24,000 nucleotides of DNA from Scandinavium sp. (GCF_036271055.1 NZ_DATBBJ010000099.1:51216-75215); one strand, 5' to 3'; numbered from the stretch's first letter, positions 1 to 10,468 are shown. The notes: a model not told the origin generated them from the letters alone. Program-made: numbers and translations.

Positions 1-1
1 T

Positions 2-382
2 TCAGCCATCGATCGTAACGATGTAGACGTAACAAGGCTGTTTTTACAGGGCGGCATGAACTGGCAACTGGCATGGACAGACCATGCACAATCCTTTCAT
101 CACGAAGAAGTACTGGAACTGTTGCTGGCCCATCGTCGGCAAATGGAAGAGCACAAACCCTGCCATCGTTTTATCGCCAGCCTTAGTCATGCCATGGCCC
201 GGGGTGAACCCTTGATGCCGATACAAAAATCGTATTTGCATGCGTTTTGTAGTGTGCCAGAGGAGATAGCACATCAACGCTCCAGCGTCTCCCAGGCAAA
301 AAAACGGGCCCTGGCGAAGCCGGACGCGCAGAATAAAAAATGGCTAACCATTCAGTCAGCCATTTATAGCGCCATCGATTAA
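2..382 (+). CDS. 3' part of a hypothetical protein (5' end outside window); first visible residues resemble an ankyrin repeat
   Basis: Frame 2 is open from the window edge to the stop at 380-382. The first residues, SAIDRNDVDVTRLFLQGG, fit the ankyrin helix-loop consensus. It converges on the treF stop 5 nt away. I recognise no family for the remainder. Confidence 0.4.
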   Translation, partial: SAIDRNDVDVTRLFLQGGMNWQLAWTDHAQSFHHEEVLELLLAHRRQMEEHKPCHRFIASLSHAMARGEPLMPIQKSYLHAFCSVPEEIAHQRSSVSQAKKRALAKPDAQNKKWLTIQSAIYSAID

Positions 383-387
383 CGGCG

Positions 388-2040
388 TTATGGCTCGCCA
401 TACAGGCCAATTAATCGGCGTACAACGCCATTGGTCCAGCCGAAACCATCCTGTAAGGGATATTCACCCCCGCCCCCTTCGCGGGGCGTGCCGCTGGCGA
501 TATGGTATTTCTCAATCAGCTTATAATGACGCTGATAAAAATGGTTGACCGTTTTCAGCCAGCTACGGGCGATTTCGTCGCCCAGCGTGTCGTTTCCGTA
601 CAGTTTGAAGCCCTGAATCGCCATCCACTGTAGCGGCGCCCAGCCGTTGGGGAAATCCCACTGTTCGCCGCTGTCATACTCCGTCGCCAGGATCCCGCCC
701 GGTGTCAGCAGGCGCGTACGTACCGCGGTGTCGAGTTTATCTGCTTGTTCATGGGTGGCCATACCAACATACAGCGGCACCATGCTGGCGGCTGAAAATA
801 GCCCCAGCTCTTCGCGCCGCCAGTCGTAATCGCGAAAACAGCCCTGTTCGTTATCCCACAGATAACGGGTGACGGCTGCCCGGCGTTCACTGGCCTTGTG
901 GCGGAATTCCGTCTCGGTTTCCCGATCGCCTTTTAAACCGGAAATATTGGCGATGGTGTTTTCCAGTTTGAACAGAAAAGCGTTCAAATCTATCGGGATA
1001 AATTGCGTGGTGCGGATACTTGCCAGGCGAGTTGTGTCCCGTAGCCAGCGCGAGGAGTAATCCCAGCCGGATTCCGCACCTGCGCGTAAATCGCGATAGA
1101 CCTCATTCGGTGGACGGCCTGAATGGCGTGCGGTTTCCACGTCTTCCAGCCAGGATTCATCTCGTGGCGTGTCGCGGTCATCCCAGTAGCGATTGAGCAG
1201 CGATCCGTCCGGCATGCGTACAACGTGCCGCCAGGCTTGATTCGGTAGCAGATTGCCCGAGCCATCCATCCAGAAGTTGTACTCCATTTTGAGATGGTCA
1301 AGATAGCGCTTCGCACCGCGCACGCCATCTTCCTCGAACAGTTCCACCATCAGAGCGAAAACCGGTGGCTGTGAGCGGCTGAGATAATACGTGCGGTTAC
1401 CGTTTGGAATATGGCCGTAGCGCTCGATCATCCAGGCGAAGTTATCCGCCATGCACTTGAGTAAATCTTCACGTCCGCTTTCCGCAAGACCCAACATGGT
1501 GAAGTAGGAATCCCAATAATAGGTCTCGGTGAAGCGCCCGCCGGGAACGATATAGGATTGCGGGAGTGCGAGTAGCGAAGACCAGGGAATATGGTCCTGC
1601 GGCTCGCGAGTCAGGATCGGCCACAGGGTTTCGATGTGTTCTTTTAAGGTCTTGTTAGGATCGGAAACATAGTCGTCGCCATTCCCTTCCGGCAGCCAGA
1701 AATGTTCTTCGACAAAGGCTCGCAGGTTAAAGCCCGGCAAACGTTTCTGCTGACGAAAGCGGATCAGGATATCCAGCGGATCCATTTTCGGCGCGCAGTC
1801 GGGAAAGGTTTTACTGTCGGCAAAAATCCGCGCGGCCTGGACACGCTCAAACAGTTCAAGATAACGGTCGGCGGGGGTGAGCGCATCGGATGCGGGCATC
1901 CCCTCGATCATTTCCGGTTCCGGCTCGACCTCGAACATTTCATCCAGTTTTAACTCGCACGGATCCGTGAGGTAGCAAAGCTCAGCTTCAAGTGCCTGCG
2001 CTTCGTCGGTGTCCGGGTTACGTAATTTCTGGTTGAACAT
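388..2040 (-). CDS. treF: cytoplasmic trehalase
   Basis: The 550-aa ORF is near-identical along its length to remembered E. coli TreF ([60 protein letters not shown]-terminal [10 protein letters not shown]). Confidence 0.95.
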   Translation of the reverse strand: MFNQKLRNPDTDEAQALEAELCYLTDPCELKLDEMFEVEPEPEMIEGMPASDALTPADRYLELFERVQAARIFADSKTFPDCAPKMDPLDILIRFRQQKRLPGFNLRAFVEEHFWLPEGNGDDYVSDPNKTLKEHIETLWPILTREPQDHIPWSSLLALPQSYIVPGGRFTETYYWDSYFTMLGLAESGREDLLKCMADNFAWMIERYGHIPNGNRTYYLSRSQPPVFALMVELFEEDGVRGAKRYLDHLKMEYNFWMDGSGNLLPNQAWRHVVRMPDGSLLNRYWDDRDTPRDESWLEDVETARHSGRPPNEVYRDLRAGAESGWDYSSRWLRDTTRLASIRTTQFIPIDLNAFLFKLENTIANISGLKGDRETETEFRHKASERRAAVTRYLWDNEQGCFRDYDWRREELGLFSAASMVPLYVGMATHEQADKLDTAVRTRLLTPGGILATEYDSGEQWDFPNGWAPLQWMAIQGFKLYGNDTLGDEIARSWLKTVNHFYQRHYKLIEKYHIASGTPREGGGGEYPLQDGFGWTNGVVRRLIGLYGEP

Positions 2041-2345
2041 AACGGTAAAAACCTCCGGATAGCGTCAAAACAAATTGCCGGGAAAAATCCGGCGCTCTAT
2101 TAAGCGTAGACATTCGCTTCGATCTTCGGAAACGAAAGCGTGCGCTTCATCACATTTCTTGGTTTATCTCTGTTTGTGCTTTTCGGTTAATCTCATGTTT
2201 TCACAGAATAATCATGGAAAACGAGGCATAGTGAACGTTCTTCACTTTCAGAGCTTTCACTTTGCAACGAATTGTGAATAACGGTAGGGTGAGCCGCTCG
2301 CTATTTCGTCATTCTCCACCTCTTTATCTCAACAGGAAGGCAATA

Positions 2346-3509
2346 TTGAAAGGGTTAATACTCCCTGTGCTGATTGCGTCTACACAGCTCTGCGGCTGTG
2401 CCGGAACGCTTTCGCAAATGAATATGCCTTCCAGTGAAGTGACTCAGGTGGCGCAAAATGGACGGGCGCTTTCCGTCGACGAACTCGTCACTGAATATAT
2501 GCAGACCAAACAGGTGTCGGGCATGGTGGTGGCCGTTATTCAGCATAATGGCCCGGCGAAATTTTACTGCTATGGCGTCACGGATGCCAAAAACCATTAC
2601 CCGATAACACCGGATACCCTGTTTGCGCTCGGTTCATTGAGTAAAGGGATTACCGCCGAGGTGATAACGCTGCTGGTGAACGAGGGGCGTTTACACTGGG
2701 ATGACACACTGGATACGCTACTGCCACCGGGAACGCTGCTGAGTGCGGATGCGAAAAAAATCACGCTCCTGCAACTGGTGACGCACACTTCCGGTTTGCC
2801 GCGTCAGCCGATGAATTTGTTGTCGTTAGAGCATCTGGTGAGCTATCTGCGTGACGGCGAAAACTTCTATCAGGATTTGGACAGTGATGGCGTCCTGAAT
2901 TATCTCAGTACTTTCAATGCGCCATTAACGCATGAGCCACGTTATTCCAATATTGGCTACGCCGTGCTCGGCTATATCCTGAAATATAAAACCGGGCAGT
3001 CGATTGAAACGTTGTCAGCGCAGAAAATTTTTCAGCCACTGGAAATGGACAATGCGAGCTTCGACCCGGAAAGTCTGCGAACCTTCCCGCAGCGCGCGTT
3101 AGGGCACGCGGGTGATCAGCCGAAATTTATTGCTCGGGGCGCGTTAACACCGGACTGGCAGTTCAGCAATAATATGGTCGGTGCGGCAAGCCTTTACAGT
3201 GATGCCAGGGATCTTATCGAATATACACGGGCGCATTTTTCTTCTACAGGCAATGCGTCGCTGGACAAAGCGTTTGCAGATGTCACTGTCGATTATTTCC
3301 CTCGAGAGAAGGAAGCGGCCAATATTGCATGGATAACCGATACCTACGGTCAGCAAAAAATCACGTATCAGGTGGGCTACATCGGTGGGTATTCCAGTTA
3401 TATCGGATTCGATAAAGAAAACCAGAATGCGGTAGTGGTATTACAAAATAGCTTTAACTGGAGTAATTATATTGGGCATGCGCTATTAAAACGCATTGCC
3501 CAAAAATAA
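2346..3509 (+). CDS. AmpH-like class-C beta-lactamase-fold serine hydrolase, probable lipoprotein
   Basis: ORF 2262-3509. SxxK motif (GSLSKGIT) and YxN motif (YSNIGY) are present, with collinear similarity to remembered AmpH (ITLLQLVTHTSGLPRQP). The third motif reads QVG rather than KTG. I prefer the TTG start at 2346, preceded by AGGAAGG (2333-2339), which gives MKGLILPVLIASTQLCGC, a signal peptide plus lipobox-like LCGC. The ATG at 2262 is the alternative start. Confidence 0.8.
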   Translation: MKGLILPVLIASTQLCGCAGTLSQMNMPSSEVTQVAQNGRALSVDELVTEYMQTKQVSGMVVAVIQHNGPAKFYCYGVTDAKNHYPITPDTLFALGSLSKGITAEVITLLVNEGRLHWDDTLDTLLPPGTLLSADAKKITLLQLVTHTSGLPRQPMNLLSLEHLVSYLRDGENFYQDLDSDGVLNYLSTFNAPLTHEPRYSNIGYAVLGYILKYKTGQSIETLSAQKIFQPLEMDNASFDPESLRTFPQRALGHAGDQPKFIARGALTPDWQFSNNMVGAASLYSDARDLIEYTRAHFSSTGNASLDKAFADVTVDYFPREKEAANIAWITDTYGQQKITYQVGYIGGYSSYIGFDKENQNAVVVLQNSFNWSNYIGHALLKRIAQK

Positions 3510-3514
3510 ATCTG

Positions 3515-3766
3515 TTACCACTTCTTATCGAAGGCGTCGCGACGACCATCGCGGCGGTTTTCGCGCTTGTCCTGACGGCAACGGGAGTTGCTTTTATCAT
3601 TGTCTTTAAAGCACTCTTGCTTCTTATCGCGACCTTCGGTGCGAGCATCCTGACGGGTGTTGCGAGCATCCTGGCGCTCGTTACTGCGATGCGTTGCATG
3701 AGCAGGGAGGGTCATGGCTGACAAGAGCGTCGCAGCCGTTAATACAGAAAGTATTGTTTTTTTCAC
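3515..3766 (-). CDS. small secreted, highly charged (Arg/Asp/Lys-rich) protein of unknown function
   Basis: GTG start. The N-terminus MKKTILSVLTAATLLSAMTLPAHA is a textbook Sec signal with an AHA cleavage site. The 59-aa mature part has RQDAR(N/T) repeats and two Cys. I recognise no family. Confidence 0.55.
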   Translation of the reverse strand: MKKTILSVLTAATLLSAMTLPAHATHRSNERQDARNTRQDARTEGRDKKQECFKDNDKSNSRCRQDKRENRRDGRRDAFDKKW

Positions 3767-4074
3767 GAAGATAAAACCTTATAAATAAATGCAAAGAATG
3801 ACAATTAATATTATTAATATCAGCTCGCATAGTATCTCTTAGCGTAAATTGCAGACGTGGTGCAATTAGTGCTGTCATGTAGAAAAAACAATTCAAAATA
3901 AAATTATAGGGTATTGATCCCTGTGGGTAGCGGCGTGGTTGCGATCTTTCTCTTGAGATTAGCAAATCGATGCAATGGGATTGGAACTTTGGAGGTAGCT
4001 TAATGACAGCATTTTTCTGTGAATGGACGGGAAATCAGGTGCAAACCGGAACAACACTACATGATAATCACTAA

Positions 4075-4825
4075 ATGAAGACAGAAGCGAGCAAAAAGCA
4101 GGAGCTGAGTCTGTTCTATGGTTCATCTCAAGACTGTGTTATCAACCTCTTGGAGGCGTGTGAAACTATATCCCACTCTGGCCCGCTGAATTCGAATCAC
4201 CCTCAAGCTATTGCGAGGCACTCTCATTATCTAATTGAATTAATTGAAAAGATATCACCTCATTTGCATTGTCATACCTATCCAATAGGGCAGCGCTTTA
4301 CTCTGAGTTCGAGCCGTGACTCAAAATGCTACTACATTCGCACGGGTGCAATCTCGCTTTATCGCCAGCCGAATGATGTATTGCTCGAACTCCTTGATGC
4401 GCCAAGTATAAGAGGTATTATTCCGATCCCTCCAGATTCTGCTTCCATCTACACGCTGAAAGTGATAATCCCTGCTGAAATCGCGGTTCTGGATATTGGT
4501 TGCCTCTATGAGTTGTTGGGCGAGTTAAATTTATGGGAAACCTTCTCTCGCTATTTACAAGTGATGTCAAGTATTTTAGGGGAGGTGATTTTCAAACTGG
4601 TAGTGCCATCTGCCTATGATAGTGTGCGAATTCAACTTTATGAGTTAATGGCTAAGCACAGAAAATGTGCGCGAGCGTATCCTGGTTGAGAACTATATTC
4701 GAGATAAAACCAATATTTCACGAAGCCGAATTATGCGAATTCACTCTAATCTGAAAGCAGGTGGATATATTCTGATGGATAGAGGCATTCTAAAGGATAT
4801 AAGTAATATTCCTTTGAAATATTAA
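4075..4825 (+). pseudogene. IprA/YaiV-like regulator (Crp-like N-domain plus C-terminal winged HTH), disrupted by a +1 frameshift
   Basis: The frame-1 ORF 4075-4689 ends ...SAYDSVRIQLYELMAKH then reads junk. Frame 2 is open from 4649 and reads ENVRERILVENYIRDKTNISRSRIMRIHSNLKAGGYILMDRGILKDISNIPLKY, with a stop at 4823-4825. This is collinear with the remembered IprA C-terminus (...RIGVMNYIHQRTRVSRSVVAEVLAALRKGNYIEMNKGKLISINRLPSEY). The shift must lie within 4649-4689, near the A-run cacagaaaatg. Confidence 0.65.
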
Positions 4826-5119
4826 AGGATCGAACCAGTCATGATGTCCCTTTCATATTGGTGTCTTAAGTGTTTGTCGTTAGCTCTTGTTTGTATATTA
4901 GTTTTATTTCTTTTATGATGGCAATTCAGGTTAAGCAAACATTATCTCACCTGCGTAGAGCATTGATCCAGCAGCTTTTATATTGTCATCTTTCGTCTTC
5001 CAGACATAATCGCTGGTTTAAGAAGTGGTTGTCTCGCTGTGGAAATATTCAGTATGCCGGGAAGTCTTTAAAAGTGAATTTAAAAGTGAATAGTGCTGAT
5101 AAGCGAGGTGCTTGTAAAA

Positions 5120-5153
5120 GGGCCAGAGTAAATTCTGGCCCTTTTATTTTTTT
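5120..5153. terminator. bidirectional rho-independent terminator downstream of gor
   Basis: Stem gggccaga (5120-5127) pairs with tctggccc (5134-5141) around a 6-nt loop. It is followed by ttttattttttt on the plus strand and preceded by aaaa, which gives a short U-tract for the minus-strand gor transcript. Confidence 0.7.
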
Positions 5154-5184
5154 ACCGTAGAAGTTTGTACCCGATGCTTATTTC

Positions 5185-6537
5185 TTAACGCATGGTAACA
5201 AATTCTTCTGCAGCCGTCGGGTGAATAGCCACTGTGTTATCGAAATCTTTCTTGGTTGCGCCCATTTTCAGGGCTACCGCGAAGCCTTGCAGGATTTCGT
5301 CCATCCCGAAGCCGATACCGTGAATCCCGACGATTTTCTCTTCCGGGCCCACACACACCAACTTCATACGGCACGGCTGACGGTGAGAGGTCACGGCGGT
5401 GTACATCGCGGTAAAGGAGGATTTATATACCTTCACTGCGTCGTCGCCATACTGCTCACGCGCCTGCGGTTCGCTCAGGCCAATGGTGCCAATTGGCGGA
5501 TGGCTGAACACCACGGTTGGAATGTTGCTGTAATCCAGATGCTCGTCCGGCTTGTTGTTGAACAGGCGCTCGGACAGACGGCGACCTGCCGCCACGGCAA
5601 CAGGCGTTAACTCTACCGCACCCGTGTTATCACCGACGGCATAAATGCCCGGCACGCTGGTGTTCTGGAACTTATCGACAACGATATAACCTTTGTCGTT
5701 GGTTTTCACACCCGTCGCCACCAGGTTGAAATTGTCGTTTGCAGGCTCGCGGCCAATCGCCCAAATCAGGCTATCGACGGTCTGACTACGGCCATCTTCC
5801 AGTTCCAGTGTCAGGCTGCCATCGGCATTTTTAATGACGGCTTTTGGCACTGCATGGGTATGCAGCGTTGGGCCTTCGGCGTTCATCACTTCAACCAGCG
5901 TTTCAACGATCATCGGGTCAAAGCTGCGCAGCGGCGCATGCTTACGCACAAACAGATGCGTTTGGGCACCGAGGCCATTGATCACGCCCGCCAGTTCAAC
6001 CGCGATGTAACCCGCGCCGACAACGGCCACGCGTTTTGGCAGCGCTGGCAACTCGAAGAAACCGTCAGAGTCGATACCGTATTCCACGCCAGGAATATCT
6101 GGGTGGCTCGGACGACCGCCGGTAGCAATCAAAATATGATCGGCAGTCAGCGTTTCACCGTTCACTTCAATGGTTCTTTCATCGACGAAACGGGCAAAGC
6201 CTTTGATCACATCGACGTTATTTTTGCCCAGCACGGTGTCGTACGAGGTGTGAATGCGATCGATATAAGCTGTACGGCTGGAGACCAGCTTGTTCCAGTC
6301 GAAGTGGTTGATAGTGGTGTCGAAGCCGTAGTCCGGGCCGTACATATGAATGGCCTCGCGGATCTGCGCGGCATGCCACATCACTTTCTTCGGTACGCAG
6401 CCGACGTTCACACAGGTGCCGCCGAGCTCTTTGGCTTCAATCAGCGCACATTTCTGGCCGTACATCGCCGCGCGGTTAATGGAGGCGATGCCGCCGCTGC
6501 CGCCGCCGATGGCGATATAGTCATAATGCTTAGTCAT
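5185..6537 (-). CDS. gor: glutathione-disulfide reductase
   Basis: [19 protein letters not shown]... (FAD GxGxxG) with the redox-active [13 protein letters not shown] motif; matches remembered E. coli Gor throughout. The start at 6537 has AAGGAAG 7 nt upstream. The longer ORF to 6621 is an upstream extension. Confidence 0.97.
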   Translation of the reverse strand: MTKHYDYIAIGGGSGGIASINRAAMYGQKCALIEAKELGGTCVNVGCVPKKVMWHAAQIREAIHMYGPDYGFDTTINHFDWNKLVSSRTAYIDRIHTSYDTVLGKNNVDVIKGFARFVDERTIEVNGETLTADHILIATGGRPSHPDIPGVEYGIDSDGFFELPALPKRVAVVGAGYIAVELAGVINGLGAQTHLFVRKHAPLRSFDPMIVETLVEVMNAEGPTLHTHAVPKAVIKNADGSLTLELEDGRSQTVDSLIWAIGREPANDNFNLVATGVKTNDKGYIVVDKFQNTSVPGIYAVGDNTGAVELTPVAVAAGRRLSERLFNNKPDEHLDYSNIPTVVFSHPPIGTIGLSEPQAREQYGDDAVKVYKSSFTAMYTAVTSHRQPCRMKLVCVGPEEKIVGIHGIGFGMDEILQGFAVALKMGATKKDFDNTVAIHPTAAEEFVTMR

Positions 6538-6607
6538 AGCTTCTTCCTTAATCGTTGATTGCCGCGATTGTATACCTGGAATCCATAGGTTCCACCGATG
6601 ATTGTGA

Positions 6608-7450
6608 TTACTCCGGCACAATCCAGCTAACGGTGGCGTGGCCCGTGCCCGTTGGCACCAGCTTTTTGTGCAGCCATGGCAGCACGTTATTCATCTGTTG
6701 TTCGAGTTTCCACGGCGGATTGATAACGATCATGCCGGATGCCGTCATGCCGCGCTGATCGCTATCCGGACGCACCGCCAGCTCGATTTGCAGAATGCGG
6801 CGAATACCGGTGGCTTCGAGCTCTTTGATCATGCGTTTAATTTGCGCGCGCAATACGACTGGATACCACAATGCATAAGTGCCGGTAGCAAAACGCTTGT
6901 AGCCTTCGCTGATGCCAGAAACGACAGCCTGATAGTCGGTTTTAATCTCATACGGCGGGTCAATCAGTACCAGACCACGGCGTGATGCTGGCGGCAGCTT
7001 GGATTTAAGCTGCTGATAGCCGTCGGATTTCTCCACTCGCGCACGGTCATCTTTCTGAAATTCGGAACGCAGCAGCGGGAAATCGCTCGGGTGCAGTTCG
7101 GTCAGGTTCAGGCTGTCCTGCTCACGCAGCAACTGGCGTGCAATCAGCGGAGAACCCGGGTAATAGCGCAACTGACCGCTGCGGTTGAAATGATTCACCA
7201 CGTTGATGTAAGGCTCTAATTCCGCAGGCAAATCATCCTGCTGCCAGATGCGGGCGATGCCTTCCATGTACTCACCTGTGCGCTCTGCATGCTCGCTGCT
7301 CAGCTGATAACGCCCTGCGCCCGCGTGAGTGTCGAGATAGAGAAACGGTTTTTCTTTCTCTTTCAGCGATTCAATGATCAGGCTCTGAACGGTGTGTTTG
7401 AGGACGTCGGCGTGGTTGCCGGCGTGAAAGCTGTGGCGATAACTGAGCAT
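6608..7450 (-). CDS. rlmJ: 23S rRNA (adenine2030-N6)-methyltransferase
   Basis: [19 protein letters not shown]... and ...LIDPPYE motifs; 280 aa; sits in the conserved yhiR position between gor and prlC. Confidence 0.93.
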   Translation of the reverse strand: MLSYRHSFHAGNHADVLKHTVQSLIIESLKEKEKPFLYLDTHAGAGRYQLSSEHAERTGEYMEGIARIWQQDDLPAELEPYINVVNHFNRSGQLRYYPGSPLIARQLLREQDSLNLTELHPSDFPLLRSEFQKDDRARVEKSDGYQQLKSKLPPASRRGLVLIDPPYEIKTDYQAVVSGISEGYKRFATGTYALWYPVVLRAQIKRMIKELEATGIRRILQIELAVRPDSDQRGMTASGMIVINPPWKLEQQMNNVLPWLHKKLVPTGTGHATVSWIVPE

Positions 7451-7572
7451 GAATAAAGGTGTTCCACTGAGTAATTACAGGCCCGGTGAACGCAGTGCCA
7501 CCGGGTCACAAAAAAAAGCGATGGGGACAGTATACAGAAAAGTCTCTGTCGCCGCGAAAGCGCATCGTCTGG

Positions 7573-7602
7573 CATTGAAATCCTCTACACTTAACCCCAT
7601 TC
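7573..7602 (+). promoter_or_regulatory. sigma32-type heat-shock promoter candidate for prlC
   Basis: aTTGAAA (7573-7579), a 14-nt spacer, then CCCCATTCT (7594-7602), compared with the consensus CTTGAAA-N13-15-CCCCATNT. It lies 64 nt upstream of the prlC ATG. prlC/opdA is an established heat-shock gene. Confidence 0.5.
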
Positions 7603-7665
7603 TACAAAGATATGTGCCGCGCCGGATGTGCGCCTCATTCACTCTTTTTAAACAGGACAGCGCTT

Positions 7666-9708
7666 ATGACTAATCCATTACTGACGCCCTTCGATTTGCC
7701 ACCGTTTTCAAAAATCCAGCCAGAGCACGTCGTCCCAGCAGTGACTAAAGCGCTGGACGATTGCCGCACGGCGGTTGAAAGCGTTGTGGCGCAGGGCGCG
7801 CCGTACAGCTGGGAAAGTCTGTGTCAGCCACTGGCCGAAGTGGACGATGTGCTGGGCCGTCTGTTCTCGCCGGTCAGCCATCTGAATTCCGTGAAAAACA
7901 GCCCGGAACTGCGCGAAGCCTATGAGCAGACGCTGCCGCTGCTGTCCGAGTACAGCACCTGGGTGGGTCAGCATGAAGGTTTGTATCAGGCGTATCGTGA
8001 CCTGCGCGACGGTGACCATTACGCAAGCCTGAATACCGCACAGAAAAAAGCAGTCGATAACGCGCTGCGTGATTTTGAGCTGTCCGGGATTGGCCTGTCG
8101 AAAGAGAAACAGAAACGCTACGGCGAAATCGCGGCGCGTCTGTCTGAATTAGGTAACCAGTACAGCAACAACGTGCTCGACGCCACCATGGGCTGGAACA
8201 AGCTTGTCACAGATGAAACTGAGCTTGCCGGGATGCCGGAAAGTGCACTGGCAGCAGCGAAAGCACAGGCCGAAGCCAAAGAACAAGAAGGCTATCTGCT
8301 GACGCTCGACATCCCGAGTTATCTGCCGGTGATGACCTATTGCGACAACCAGGCGCTGCGTGAAGAGATGTATCGCGCTTACACCACTCGTGCGTCTGAC
8401 CAGGGCCCGAATGCCGGGAAATGGGACAACAGCCCGGTAATGGAAGAGATCCTCGCGCTGCGTCACGAATTGGCACAGCTGCTGGGCTTTGAAAGCTATG
8501 CGTTGAAATCGCTGGCGACCAAAATGGCAGAAAACCCGCAGCAGGTGCTCGAATTCCTGACCGATCTGGCAAAACGCGCCCGTCCGCAGGGCGAAAAAGA
8601 ACTGGCTCAGCTGCGTGCGTATGCGAAAGCGGAATTTGGTATCGATGAGTTACAGCCGTGGGATATTGCTTACTACAGCGAAAAACAGAAACAACATCTC
8701 TACAGCATCAGCGACGAACAACTGCGTCCTTACTTCCCGGAAAACAAAGCCGTCAACGGTCTGTTCGAAGTGGTTCAGCGCATTTACGGTATCACCGCCA
8801 AAGAGCGCAAAGACATTGACGTGTGGAGCCCGGAAGTGCGCTTCTTCGAGCTGTACGATGACAAAAACGAACTGCGCGGCAGTTTCTATCTCGATCTCTA
8901 CGCCCGCGAGCACAAACGCGGCGGCGCGTGGATGGATGACTGTGTGGGCCAGATGCGTAAAGCGGACGGTTCGCTGCAAAAACCGGTGGCCTATCTCACC
9001 TGTAACTTCAACCGTCCGGTTAACGGCAAGCCTGCGCTCTTTACCCACGACGAAGTGATCACCCTGTTCCATGAATTTGGTCATGGGCTGCATCACATGC
9101 TGACCCGCATCGAAACCGCAGGCGTTTCGGGCATCAGCGGTGTGCCGTGGGATGCCGTCGAGTTGCCGAGCCAGTTTATGGAAAACTGGTGTTGGGAGCC
9201 GGAAGCGCTGGCGTTTATCTCTGGTCACTTTGAAACGGGCGAACCACTGCCAAAAGAACTGCTGGATAAAATGCTGGCAGCGAAAAACTACCAGGCGGCA
9301 ATGTTCGTGCTGCGTCAGCTGGAATTCGGCCTGTTCGATTTCCGTCTGCATGCCGAATTTAATCCAGAGCAGGGCGCGAAAATCCTCGAGACGCTGGCAG
9401 AAATCAAGAAACAAGTTTCTGTGGTCCCGGGCCCATCATGGGGCCGATTCCCGCACGCTTTCAGCCACATTTTTGCTGGCGGCTATGCGGCAGGTTACTA
9501 CAGCTATTTGTGGGCCGATGTGCTGGCGGCAGACGCGTTCTCTCGTTTCGAAAAAGAAGGGATTTTCAACCGTGAAACTGGGCAGTCGTTCCTCGACAAT
9601 ATCCTGAGCCGTGGCGGTTCCGAAGAGCCAATGACGCTGTTCAAACGCTTCCGTGGCCGTGAACCGCAACTGGACGCGATGCTTGAGCATTACGGCATCA
9701 AAGGCTAA
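7666..9708 (+). CDS. prlC: oligopeptidase A (M3 zinc metallopeptidase)
   Basis: Starts [17 protein letters not shown] at the ATG at 7666. HEFGHGLHH zinc motif; 680 aa; collinear with E. coli PrlC. Confidence 0.95.
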   Translation: MTNPLLTPFDLPPFSKIQPEHVVPAVTKALDDCRTAVESVVAQGAPYSWESLCQPLAEVDDVLGRLFSPVSHLNSVKNSPELREAYEQTLPLLSEYSTWVGQHEGLYQAYRDLRDGDHYASLNTAQKKAVDNALRDFELSGIGLSKEKQKRYGEIAARLSELGNQYSNNVLDATMGWNKLVTDETELAGMPESALAAAKAQAEAKEQEGYLLTLDIPSYLPVMTYCDNQALREEMYRAYTTRASDQGPNAGKWDNSPVMEEILALRHELAQLLGFESYALKSLATKMAENPQQVLEFLTDLAKRARPQGEKELAQLRAYAKAEFGIDELQPWDIAYYSEKQKQHLYSISDEQLRPYFPENKAVNGLFEVVQRIYGITAKERKDIDVWSPEVRFFELYDDKNELRGSFYLDLYAREHKRGGAWMDDCVGQMRKADGSLQKPVAYLTCNFNRPVNGKPALFTHDEVITLFHEFGHGLHHMLTRIETAGVSGISGVPWDAVELPSQFMENWCWEPEALAFISGHFETGEPLPKELLDKMLAAKNYQAAMFVLRQLEFGLFDFRLHAEFNPEQGAKILETLAEIKKQVSVVPGPSWGRFPHAFSHIFAGGYAAGYYSYLWADVLAADAFSRFEKEGIFNRETGQSFLDNILSRGGSEEPMTLFKRFRGREPQLDAMLEHYGIKG

Positions 9709-9715
9709 CCCGTTC

Positions 9716-10468
9716 GTGAAAATATGTTTAGTTGATGAATCAGGCGCCAGTGATGGCGCCTTATCTGTTCTTGCGACTCGTTGGGGCCTGGAACAGGATG
9801 CGGATAACCTGATGGCGCTGGTGCTCACAACAGAGCATCTCGAACTGCGTAAGCGTGATGAACCCAAACTCGGCGGCATCTTCGTGGATTTTGTGGGTGG
9901 CCCGATGGCGCATCGACGAAAATTCGGCGGCGGTCGTGGGGAAGCGGTGGCGAAAGCGGTGGGCATCAAAGGCAGTTATTTGCCCGATGTCGTGGATGCT
10001 ACGGCAGGATTAGGCCGTGACGCGTTTGTGCTGGCTTCGGTAGGGTGTCGAGTGCGGATGCTGGAACGTAATCCGGTAGTGGCCGCGTTGCTCGATGACG
10101 GTTTGGCTCGCGGCTACGCTGACCCGGAAATCGGCGGCTGGTTGCAAGATCGCTTGCAGTTGATTCATGCCTCGAGTCTAACGGCATTGACCGATATCGC
10201 GCCGCGCCCGCAGGTGGTCTATCTCGACCCGATGTTCCCCCATAAGCAGAAAAGCGCGCTGGTGAAAAAAGAGATGCGAGTGTTTCAGTCGTTGGTGGGG
10301 CCGGATTTAGATGCCGACGGGCTGCTGATCCCTGCACAACAATTGGCGACAAAGCGGGTCGTGGTAAAGCGCCCGGACTACGCACCGCCGCTGGCAGACG
10401 TTGCCACTTCAAACGCAGTGGTGACGAAAGGGCATCGCTTTGATATTTACGCCGGGACGCCGGAATAA
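9716..10468 (+). CDS. rsmJ: 16S rRNA (guanine1516-N2)-methyltransferase
   Basis: The GTG at 9716 gives (M)[24 protein letters not shown]..., matching the remembered RsmJ/YhiQ N-terminus and the rest ([28 protein letters not shown]). Confidence 0.92.
   Translation: MKICLVDESGASDGALSVLATRWGLEQDADNLMALVLTTEHLELRKRDEPKLGGIFVDFVGGPMAHRRKFGGGRGEAVAKAVGIKGSYLPDVVDATAGLGRDAFVLASVGCRVRMLERNPVVAALLDDGLARGYADPEIGGWLQDRLQLIHASSLTALTDIAPRPQVVYLDPMFPHKQKSALVKKEMRVFQSLVGPDLDADGLLIPAQQLATKRVVVKRPDYAPPLADVATSNAVVTKGHRFDIYAGTPE

Noticed and set aside
4870-5160. 96-aa ORF (or 81 aa from the ATGATG at 4915) in the gor-proximal intergenic region.
   Set aside because: It is very AT-rich and basic with no recognisable domain. 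The frame reads straight through the strong terminator hairpin and T-run (5120-5153) before stopping. It is most likely non-coding.
5854-6558. 234-aa plus-strand ORF antisense to gor. Similar long antisense ORFs occur at 8650-9414 (in prlC), 9436-9969, 9999-10412, 10608-11084, 12282-12731, 13951-14367 and 23349-23885.
   Set aside because: These are shadow ORFs on the opposite strand of well-supported, GC-rich conserved genes. Their Arg/Ala/His-rich composition is typical of antisense frames.
6538-6621. N-terminal extensions offered by the ORF track for gor (to 6621), prlC (from 7612), rsmJ (from 9653), the amidohydrolase (to 17979), the DUF84 gene (to 18663) and the MFS gene (to 16056).
   Set aside because: The orthologue N-termini (MTKHYDY..., MTNPLLTPF..., (M)KICL...) and SD placement support the internal starts. 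For the island genes the shorter starts fit family N-termini better, but they remain uncertain.
7482-7505. 7-bp GC-rich hairpin (cccggtg ... caccggg) followed by an A8 run, in the rlmJ-prlC divergent region.
   Set aside because: There is no T-run 3' of the hairpin on either strand, so it is not an intrinsic terminator. It sits between divergent starts and its function is unknown; it may be only a structured 5' region.
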